A DNA stretch of 64,000 nt, taken from contig JBLDXI010000042.1 of assembly GCA_047495785.1 (NCBI GenBank), forward strand, positions 2,852,001-2,916,000, given 5' to 3'. The number at the start of each line of letters is the position of its first letter. Position 1 is the first letter of the stretch. This document shows positions 1-9,942 of this stretch, in pieces. The position numbers and the translations under genes were made by a program. Under the pieces are notes generated by a model. It made no database searches, had not been told where the DNA came from, and was given only the letters and a program-made list of their open reading frames with translations. This stretch comes from Lepidodermella squamata. Taxonomy: Eukaryota > Animalia > Gastrotricha.

Positions 1-944
1 CCAGCCTGACGACACCGAAATTCCAGTCACTCGACATCCCGACCAATTTGGTTAGAAATTAATTTTTATTGAAATTGAAATTTTATTTTTTATTTTTAGA
101 TTTCACAGATAAAAATGTTGCTGTCGTATCGCCACACGGGCCCATCGGCAATATCTTTCATCAGCTGACGCATGGCAAACTGCCAGATTTCGTCAATCAA
201 CGCTTCAACGTTGAGCACAGCGAGGAGGAAATTCACAACGACGACGTTGATTTGTGCCACGCCGATGGTACGAACATCGGCCGACTCGAGGACTTCCAAA
301 ACCTCGACACCATCTACGAGCTTATCAACATGGGCATTGAAAACGCCCAGGCCAAGGTCTGCTTCAAGGTCACGTGCCAACGCATTGAACCAGTCAATCC
401 ACGGGCTGGCATTTGGAAACGCAAATCGGTTACCGCAAGTCGCGTTCTTAACATCGATTTGAGCCAGAACAACGAATTACGACGTGTCCTTGAAGATGTA
501 AAAAAATTCCAAAATTTTCTTAAATTATTTTTCAAAATTTTACAATTTTTTTAGATTCAATCGGCTCCTGGTGAAAGTGTGAGAATGATAATGTCCCACG
601 ATGTTGATTCGTCGCAAAATGTGACAACCCGCGAGAAAAATCTCGACACCCCTACAACGGCCTGGGCCGTGGCTGAAATTCTCGGCAAAACTGTTGACCA
701 ACAGGGCGGAAAGCCGATATCACCGCGGTCTGTAGAAGGCAACCCTATGAAATTCTTGAGCCCGTCGAAATTCGCCGAGGAAGTCTACAACACTGACATA
801 TTAGGACAGAATGGCAAAGAATTAGCCGCTGTTCCGTTTTCGACCCGGCGCGGAGCTTCAGGTGGGCCTTTCAACAACAACCGGCCATGGACAACTCAGC
901 CTCCCCCTGCCTATCGACCAGCTGGAGTGCCAGCGAGAAATTAA
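1..944 (+). CDS. Uncharacterised protein, 5'-partial; exons <1-50, 100-497, 555-944
   Basis: AT-rich GT-AG introns at 51-99 and 498-554 join ORFs 69..554 and 579..944 in frame (..HPDQF|DFTDKN..RRVLED|IQSAPGE..PARN*). No family recognised. Confidence 0.6.
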
Positions 945-1367
945 TTCATCTTCTCCTTTTATATCAAAAATCACAATATTTAATTGCTTAGATTTTTTGG
1001 CGATTATATATAAATTGTCTCCAATTTTTTTTGGCTTTTCTCAAGAGTTTCATCTCTCCTCATAATTCTGAGAGAAATAAGATGCATGATGCTTTGAAAA
1101 TCTCAATTTTTTGTAAAGCTTTAAAATCCAATTTTTCTGAATATTTTTTTTTGCATATTAATTATCATAATTAACCTTTCTCGCTATTCTTTATTGATCC
1201 CAATTTTAGTCCTCAAAATATTATATTATTTGAAGATCTTCTGTATTTATACTTCCGCATAATACTTTGTTTTATTCAAAACTGCGTTGATTTCGCTGCG
1301 AACCGCGACAAGGATAAGAGAGATAAAAATAAAAAGGAGTTGCGTTAATATTTTTTACCAGCTGATT

Positions 1368-4198
1368 TTATGACGATGCGATTGTTGACGGAGTGATAGC
1401 TCTCTCAACGAGATTTCCTGACCCACTTTGATGAACCTGGAAGAGAAACGATTAAGTAAAAATTGAAGCTCAACAAACTGAAATTATACTTGTAATAGCT
1501 GTAAGGTGAGATTGATTAGGCTCATGGCGATTACTACACAGCTGATAGCTACGTGAACATTCGCGAAACTCGAATCGAGAGCAAGAGCCAGGACAACTGC
1601 CGCCCCGATAAGTATAAATTGAGCGTAAACGGCTGTCCTCAGCAGAGCAATCTCGGGAAACGAAGTTTTCGTTGCCTATTAAACAAAGAAAAAATAATAG
1701 TTCTAGAATTGCGAAGTTTCTGTGATAAGAACTCACTGATCTCAGAGCTATGGAAAGGAAGATCAGTCTACCTAGAAGTAGGCCAATCCAAGCGATTGAT
1801 GCTCCAAGGAGACCTAGCGAGACTTCGGATGATGGCATGTGACAAGCGAACCAAACTTGGCGAATGTTAGTGCTGACTTCAGTTGGGGACGGAAAAAGGT
1901 CCCCATAAACTCTCTCAACTTTCAAGCCATCAATGGATAGCCAGAGAACAAAGAGGATTACCAGAACCACAACCCATACTAAGCCAGCTGTTGCGTATTT
2001 CGAAAACACCTTGCGGGCGGATTTTATCAGCGAGCTCTGATAGCTTGCATTCCCGGCAACTGCTTGCGCCTGCTTGAATCTACGACCTACCTGAGGACTT
2101 GGATGTGATCGAAATAACGACAGGGGTGAAAATCCTCGAGGTACAGCAAATTTGTTGCCAGCTAAAGCAGCCACTGCAGCTGAAAATGTCTCAAGCTTAA
2201 CCCACACAGAAACGAACACCATCCCGCCACCGCTCAAGATCAACGCATAGATAATGGAGCAATTTACGTGTGCATTTCGCTCTATCCCGTACGGAAGACT
2301 GATGACACTTGAGACGAAAATGCAGTTTCCGATTGCGAATGAAACATCGATTGGCGCGAAGTAAAATCTGCTCTTCTTTTTTTGACAACTCTGAATTATC
2401 ATGCAAGGAATGCTGATCGCCATAATAATAGCGGAAATGACTGCAAAATAACGAAAAATAAGGAGTGATGCAAATTCGAAGAAATTCACCTGTGAGGGAT
2501 ATGTAAACTGAATCGTCGATGGCCGGAACGACGGACAAAACTGTTCGAATCGAGTCTCCCGGGGGTTTATTGTTTAACGTACCCCATTTGATCCCATTAG
2601 GACCCAGAACGAGTGGTTTGGATGTGCTACTAACGTTGAAGTAACCGATTGAGTTACGCAACAAGCTCCCGTTGCTGTTTTTGAGTAATTGGTTGAAGAC
2701 AATTGGGGCGAATCCTTTCGTGTTATCCTCAGTTTCAGCCTCGTATTCGAAATCGCATCGCTGGCCGCTTAAACGGAAGTTATACAGACTTTTCACCATG
2801 GTCTCGAAGAACCATTTTCCGTTGTTTTGAAAGTTAGGGGCGCTAGTTACCCAATTCGACAAAGTATCGTTACCTGTTGGGATTAAATTATTCTCAGAAT
2901 CAAGTTCAATTATCTATGTCTTACGAGTATTTAGGAACGTTTCCGTTGAGTTTAACCAAGCAGCCATTAGCAGTGTCAAATCGTAAAGCATAATTGGCCA
3001 TAAGGGCCATAGTGAATTCGAACTAAGATTATCTGATATTTGCGACTGAATTCCGGTCAGGACTTGATTAGCAGAAAACCCGCTGATGTCGACTGCAGAC
3101 GGTCCTAATACCTCGGCTTTCGTGTTAGGATTACCAAACGTGAAAAACCCATCCATCACGTCTACGAGCATAGCTTCCGTGCACCATTTGTACCTGGTTG
3201 GATCGCTTGGACTGAACACTGTTAAAGACATATAGAAAATCGCAATGCCTTTTCCGTAAAGGTTGTATCTGTGGAGGAAGCATGCTAATCTTGCACCGAA
3301 GTTGCTGTTGATGTAGATTATCCGTGGGTTGTTACTTGCCAGCTCCTCCACAGCCATTCGCATGTCATTTTCATCGGGAGCGCCAAATGCGGGTACCTTA
3401 TGCAATTGCAAAGTCATATTTCGCTTTTCCAGGTCTCTCTGCATGGCGATTTCCATTGCGTTGTAGCTAGGGCCGATGTCTGACAAGACGTGAAGCCTTC
3501 GCCAGCCCATGGCTTGCATGAAGTAAACTAGGGAGAGTTGCACGTTGGTTATCAGAGGTCCACTGACGTAGTATCCAGCAAATTTGCGGCGATCAAGGAT
3601 GATTTCAGGGGTTGAGGATGTTCCGGTCATCGCCACGAAGTTGTAGTGGTGAGTGAAGTGACCTCTGCAGGAAATCAAGGTAAAATAACCATGAAATCAG
3701 AACTACGACTTACGTCCAAGTCTGGGCTCCGCAAAGAGTTGCGATCATCATTGGAACACGATTATATGCAACATCAGCCGAGTTGAATCTTCTGACTGTC
3801 GCAGGGATTGTATCAGCTCGTGCGCACTGCAATCATTTTGAAAGTATAGAACAATAATGAATAAGGTTAACTTTTCTTACAGTGTCGTCAAAAGGTTCTA
3901 CCACTAGATCGTAATCTTGAAGAAGCCCTGGAACGGTTTCGATTCTATCCAGAGCGAGTTGAATAGCTTTCGATGCCATTGCGCGCATAGGAAAAACTGC
4001 GCCGGCGTAATTTATCGACGCAAGGATTGTTATCAACTTTTTTCCTGGTCTAGGAGTACCAGTGAAGTTGAGGCCTCCCAAAGCTGTCGAGGCGATATAT
4101 CTCGGAATCGGGCTGTTCAACGGAATGCTCATCTGCTGCCCAGTTGAACACATAAGACTACCGAGTAAGATGCTGAGAGCAACAATTAACTGGGGCAT
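1368..4198 (-). CDS. Class C (GABA-B-like) GPCR, copy 1: signal peptide, ANF/periplasmic-binding-type ectodomain, 7TM; multi-exon
   Basis: ORFs 3833-4198, 2914-3678, 2197-2862 and 1470-2489 are separated by ~50-bp introns. Motifs AIQLALDRI..LLQDYDL..DD, MGWRR, WGTLNNKPPGD, then hydrophobic helices and LWLSIDGL..FAC. Stop TAA at 1368-1370, homologous to copy 2. Confidence 0.75.
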
Positions 4199-4955
4199 GT
4201 TTTAACTGAATAAAATTTAATACTGAGGTCGAGTTCCTTTTGGTTGAGAATGGCTTTTGAAGCGCATCTAGGCTGGTAGCGTGGTGTTGATTAAGGAAGT
4301 TGCGAACGCGTGGGAAAATCGGGGAAATTCCACAGCACCAGCAGGAGGGCGTCGAAAGAATCGGATGCACTTTGCTTCGTTAATTCCTAATGGTGTTTTC
4401 ACACGTTCTACGCTTGGACACCTGATTCATTTAAAAGGTAAAGGAACCGGAAGCGAATAGGGTTTTTGCAATACGATATTCATTTTTTTGCACCTAAAAC
4501 TAGTAGAAACTTTTAAACGTCTCTACAAACTCGGTGCACTAAGCAGCAATTATCGTAGCAGGGTAACGTACTACGTACTGCCCTGAAATGAAGCATTTTT
4601 TCAAACGCATAGGCAGATATTTATCAGAGGCCCGTTCATTTATTCAATAATCAATCGCAATTCTTTTGAAAATTCGGTTCAGTTTGATAATTTTTCAGAT
4701 GTTAGAGACTGATTGAGAGACATAAGGCACGGAAGCGGTGGCAGATTGTTGATGTTTGTCATAAAACTCAGGTTACGACGATTCAGGTCACGGTAATGTT
4801 GTGTACCCAATTTCGCTAAATGCAGGTGCGATTTCAACCATTTCCAAATTGCGGCATTTCTTCAATTTTAAAAATAAGTTGTTGAAGGTTGGGTGAAGAG
4901 TATTCACAAGCTTGTTAAAAGCACCGTTCCAAGCTTCTGTGTCAGTAGTAGGGGG

Positions 4956-6910
4956 GGGTCATTCCAGGTCAAATCGACCGACGACCCAACCCATGTTCTC
5001 AGATCATCCCCGAACTAATTTTATCGGATAGAGCTCAAAAAATTAGGAAACTTTTACTCTTGTGACTTTTTTCAATGACGCAAGGGCGGGCTTCTAAAAT
5101 TAAAAAACGAAAACCGACTCTAAATCATAGCAACGGTTGCCAGGTTGCTAGATCTCACCAGGTATGAACGCTCAAGGCGAGCTCTTTTTATCAGACCATC
5201 ACGTCGACGTACTCGAGCGATTAGAGCGGCGTCTTGCTTTACCTTGACTTACTGTTTTCCAGCATGGTTAAAAGAACTTAAAAAATTAGCCAAAAATCGC
5301 TATTTTCGAATCAATTTTTCACCCTTTCGAACGCGGTTTTATACCTCAAATTTGATACCATCGGATTCAGCGCAAAAAGTTGTATAACATATGTCAAAAT
5401 CACGAGGGTAATTTTCTTCTATACCGAGAATTAATTTTACGAAGATTGCCAAAAAGCATAGCCAGTAAGCACACCATGTTTACAATTATAATTAGGTTTT
5501 GCAAATGGAATTTTCTGAATGCGTGATTGCTAATGATTTAACAGTCATTATCCATGTAATTTATATTAAACTTGACGGGTAGCAAAGCAAATCTTACAAC
5601 TGGGCTTACGGGAAGCTGGTAGAGGTTTACTGTCACCTGTGTCACTGAAGAACTTATGAACAACGAATGCCTATTTGCCTTATCCGCAGTGGGACAGCAG
5701 TGGAAGCTGGAGGATATTCCATTTAGGTCTAGGAACTTCATCTATATAAGTCTAGGAACTTCATAGGTATATAATTCCTCCGCTGTACTAAATGTCACAT
5801 GTTATAATTTCTTTCAATACTCTTCAAAGCCTCACCTTAGACTTGCCTTACAACCAAAAAATCGAATTTCGGAACAATATGGAGCTGGTAGCTTAAGTTT
5901 AACGTATATACTTATTTACCGAATACAGTCTTATTTAAATATGAATTCGGATTTATTTGGCTTTCAACAATGGCGCAGAGTGGGACTTGCCGCAAGCAAC
6001 CGCAAAAGCCAGTGTGAGGGCGTATAACCGTAGAGAGGCTGTGATGGAAACGGCATGAAAAGGCTAAGCACTAAACTCTATCACTTAATGAATCGAACAA
6101 TGATGACCTGCCATTCGTAGCCTTGGGAAATAACTCAAGTGAACAAGGGATTACAGTACAAGATTTGCTAATTGGTGATCAAATGATATCATCAAGGGCA
6201 TAACTAGCCTTACGTCAATTGTGGGGCTTGGTGTGGCATATCATGAGCTAGTATCCGTTGTATTTTGATGTCGGTCTATTCCATAAGCTTGTATGGATAT
6301 ACGGCATTCGATCACGAGTTCGGGTGAAACAACTATAAAAATGAACAGATCATCCCTCAATCATCCACGTGCTTGAAGAGAGCGCGTGTTCTATCTATAA
6401 TATTATATGCTTTTTGGCAATCTTCGTAAAATTAATTCTCGGTATAGAAGAAAATTACCCTCGTGATTTTGACATATGTTATACAACTTTTTGCGCTGAA
6501 TCCGATGGTATCAAATTTGAGGTATAAAACCGCGTTCGAAAGGGTGAAAAATTTATTCGAAAATAGCGATTTTTGGCTAATTTTTTAAGTTCTTTTAACC
6601 ATGCTGGAAAACAGTAAGTCAAGGTAAAGCAAGACGCCGCTCTAATCGCTCGAGTACGTCGACGTGATGGTCTGATAAAAAGAGCTCGCCTTGAGCGTTC
6701 ATACCTGGTGAGATCTAGCAACCTGGCAACCGTTGCTATGATTTAGAGTCGGTTTTCGTTTTTTAATTTTAGAAGCCCGCCCTTGCGTCATTGAAAAAAG
6801 TCACAAGAGTAAAAGTTTCCTAATTTTTTGAGCTCTATCCGATAAAATTAGTTCGGGGATGATCTGAGAACATGGGTTGGGTCGTCGGTCGATTTGACCT
6901 GGAATGACCC
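4956..6910. mobile_element. Non-autonomous DNA transposon / foldback element with 505-bp TIRs (4956-5460 and 6406-6910) and a ~945-bp core
   Basis: GGGTCATTCCAGGTCAAATCGACCG... at 4956 is the reverse complement of ...CGGTCGATTTGACCTGGAATGACCC ending at 6910. The arms are nearly identical (one mismatch seen near 5312/6554), which explains the identical ORFs 5145-5387(+) and 6479-6721(-). TSD not clear. Confidence 0.9.
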
Positions 6911-6948
6911 GAGGGGAGGAAAAGTTAACGGTTTTTCCGATTTGAATA

Positions 6949-7497
6949 TTTCCCGCGCGACCTTGACCTTGAGCTAACCCTAACCCTAACCCTAACCCTA
7001 ACAGGATTCCTTAACCCTAACCCTAGGCCTAGGGCTTAACCCTAACCCTAACCCTAGGGCTTAACCCTAATCCTTAACCCTAACCCTAATCGATAATCCC
7101 TAGCCGATAACCGATTTCGATCAACCGATATTGATTGATTTTGAATTAATTTCCCGCCAAAATAGGCGTAACCCTAACCCTAATCCTTAACACTATTCTT
7201 AGGGCTTAACCCTAATCCTTAACACTATTCCTAGGGCTTAACCATAATCATTAACACTAACCCTAATCGATAATCCCTAACCCTAGTCGATATCGATTGA
7301 TTTTTCCAACGGAAAAATAATTTGAAATTTTCCCGCCAAAAACTATTTTACCGCCAAATATTCCCGCCAAAACCCTAGTCAAAATTTGAATTTTCCAAAA
7401 TTCCAACGGTCACTCGCTAGTTTTTGAAAAGGAAAATTGAAACTTTCCCGCCAACCATTATTTCAGCGCCAAAATACCAAAATATGACCTTGACTCT
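6949..7497. promoter_or_regulatory. Cluster of E2F-like TTTCCCGCC(AAA) motifs plus TGACCTTGAC nuclear-receptor-like half-site repeats
   Basis: TTTCCCGC(C/G) at 6949, 7150, 7329 and 7444; TTCCCGCCAAAA at 7361; near-matches at 7348 and 7461; GACCTTGACCTT at 6959 and TGACCTTGAC at ~7485. Function is inferred from consensus only. Confidence 0.45.
6974..7286. repeat. Degenerate telomeric-type (CCCTAA)n arrays in two blocks (~6974-7100, ~7169-7286)
   Basis: Runs of ctaaccctaaccctaacc with variants cctagggcttaacc and cctaatccttaac. Confidence 0.9.
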
Positions 7498-7979
7498 TCC
7501 GGCATAAATTCAAACTTCTAAAATGTAATGGGCATGTGACGCAAAAGTAACCAATGCATGAGTCATCTTGCAAGAGTGAAAGTACCCTCTGGAATTGTCA
7601 CGTTTTACGAGACCAAGCCAAGCTTTTATGTCTCGCCAACGGTCAGCTGCGAATATTCTTAAAATGTCAGCTTGACATAACGGCAACTTGCTATGATAAT
7701 AAATGCGGAGTCAACCTTTTCGTCATATGTGTAGATTCCGCTCTGGTAATGAAAGACATTTCAGCATACAAAAGTTAGTAAAACTCGACTGCATTTTTCT
7801 ATTTGTATCCTTGGATTGAGAAAAGCCATGGAGTGCAATCTTTACATTTACTTCGATTAGATTTCGATAGCGATTTCGAAATACAAAGGTTAATATAATG
7901 TTTAATAATATTGTAATAATGTTGATTATTTTTTTTATATACAGGTCACCAGTTGGCATTTTCCTCCTCCACAGGAGGA

Positions 7980-8416
7980 CTAGGGGGGCTGTGGAGGAGG
8001 ATGAGGTACGAGTAATCCGTGAATGTCCCATAATATCTGGATGATAGTGTTGTAGCTGGCTACTGAGTTCTGCAAGTGATCATACATTTGACCTGCCTCG
8101 TCGTAGCTGAAGAAAGAAAAATATAAGGTATGTTGAATTTTTTGACATTAAATACGTACAGGTTTACAAATAGTTGAAAGAAAATTTCAGCTATTTGAGG
8201 ATTAGCCATTTCAGGATAAGTAGATAAGTAAAGTTGCCAAGTAAAATGATGCGTAAGAATATGACAAGGTATTGTACAGTTGATATAAATTTTGTAAGAT
8301 TTCGCCAAAAAATGTTTTTGAAAACTGAGCGTTGCATCTCGGCACCATTTATACAATGTATATGCAGAGAAGTCGTTAACAGGTAGAATGTAATAAAAAG
8401 CAAGTAAATTCGTCAT
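7980..8416 (-). CDS. Small hypothetical protein of the Maverick-like element (2 exons), possibly frameshifted at its 3' end
   Basis: ORF 8060-8416 splices through a GT-AG intron at 8107-8159 to YDEAGQMYDHLQNSVASYNTIIQILWDIHGLLVPHPPPQPP*. Confidence 0.4.
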
Positions 8417-8451
8417 GTTACCTCATTTTCTCATTTTTCTTGGAATATTAA

Positions 8452-9000
8452 ATGCTTGAAATTGATGTTACTGTGCAAAATGTTGTTTCCACACTCTCGC
8501 TGGGGGTACATTTTGATCTGCGGAAAATTATTCACCTCTTCAAAATGGTTGAGCTTAAACAAAAGTTTCCAAATGCTCTCGTCATTAAAGAGCCGCACTT
8601 CAACGCTTTGCTATTTAAAAACGGGAAAGTAGTGCTTTTTACGAAGAATCCTGAACTGGCAAAAATTTATGGGCGAAAACTGGCAAGGAAACTACAGCGA
8701 CAAGACAACACTGCCATAAAGGTATCTAAGATTCGCCTGGTAAACAGTACTCTTGCGGGAAAGATGCCAACTGGAATAAACATAACTGAGGCCTTAATAG
8801 CTCGTGTTGCCAAACTCTGTGCGCGAGCGATATATGATGATACTAGATTTCCGGCACTGCGGTGTAAAAATGTGACCAATGGTTCAACATGCGTGAATGT
8901 ATTTTCGTCGGGGTGGATAATAGTGACTGGCATTAAAGATTTAACTACACCTCTGACGCAGCTTGAAACTATATTATATGCGATACTATATGAGAAATAA
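8452..9000 (+). CDS. Divergent TATA-binding protein (TBP)-like protein, core domain only, intronless
   Basis: Two TBP repeats: VQNVVST..FDLRKI..FP..LLFKNGKVV and IRLVN..YDDTRFPAL..VFSSGWIIVTG; 182 aa. Confidence 0.85.
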   Translation: MLEIDVTVQNVVSTLSLGVHFDLRKIIHLFKMVELKQKFPNALVIKEPHFNALLFKNGKVVLFTKNPELAKIYGRKLARKLQRQDNTAIKVSKIRLVNSTLAGKMPTGINITEALIARVAKLCARAIYDDTRFPALRCKNVTNGSTCVNVFSSGWIIVTGIKDLTTPLTQLETILYAILYEK

Positions 9001-9942
9001 AAATTGGACGCGACACACACTCGACTGAATGTTAATAGCCTACGTCCATGCTACTATGTAGTAGTAGCATGCCATTGAAACTGCGTACATTTATTCTTAA
9101 ATTTAGCGTCTATGATCTTAGGCTGTTCCGATGCTATGGAAAGAAGAACTGCTGTAATAAAAATTAAGATTTCGCAATGAAACTCTGGGGAATCAATTCT
9201 AATCTGGAGCAGTTATCCACAATTCAAGTTCATCGTTGTACTGTTTCGCCAATGCCTTTAATGTTGACGGAATCATCACATTCCGTCGCAGTTTGCTCGA
9301 ACGAAGTTATTCATAGAAATTAGAAATAGACCGTTTTACACACACTGGAAATCGATGGGATCCTCAGGTATGATTTGTCATGACTACATTTAATTCAAAA
9401 TAGCTAAATTTCCATTTCATTCATTCAGATCATATATGGAACAGGATCCGGATAAGTGTAAGTTCTTAAAGACATAAATCAATCAAAATTCATTGTATTT
9501 TTTTTTTCTTAGACGCTGCCCGATGACATGTGTCAATATGGTGCGCCGTTAAGTAATAAAAGTTTTCAAGCAAGCCGATTGTACGCGATTTAATGTGCGG
9601 ATATTGTAATAAAAATTGAGAAACACTTGAAATCGGGTCGCTTTTTATTACAACGCGTGCTGATCAACAATAAAAATTCAGAAACAGTTGCTAAATAAGC
9701 AATAAAAATATGAATTTGGAGACATCATTCGGAAACGAGTAAACCGTTGAAAAGTCATTTAAATAAGCTAACGTTCTCGAGGAATGAAACTTGACAGTTT
9801 TCAAATGAGCATTATATCCCTATGAGTTTTTAGCCGAACCCAATTTATTATCATTATTCGTGAAAATCGGACAACTATTTTCCATCTTCATTAGTGAAAA
9901 ATGGATTTTCACGGGTTTTTCTGCTATTCTCCGCGATTCAAG

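Noticed and set aside
5145-6721. Identical 80-aa ORFs at 5145-5387(+) and 6479-6721(-)
   Set aside because: By-product of the inverted repeats; TTG start and no protein features.
6974-7286. True chromosome end
   Set aside because: The repeats are short, degenerate and flanked by genes on both sides, so they are interstitial.
9355-9593. Tiny three-exon gene (MGSSDHIWNR...)
   Set aside because: Splice signals are plausible, but the ~40-aa product has no supporting features; mentioned only as a hint.
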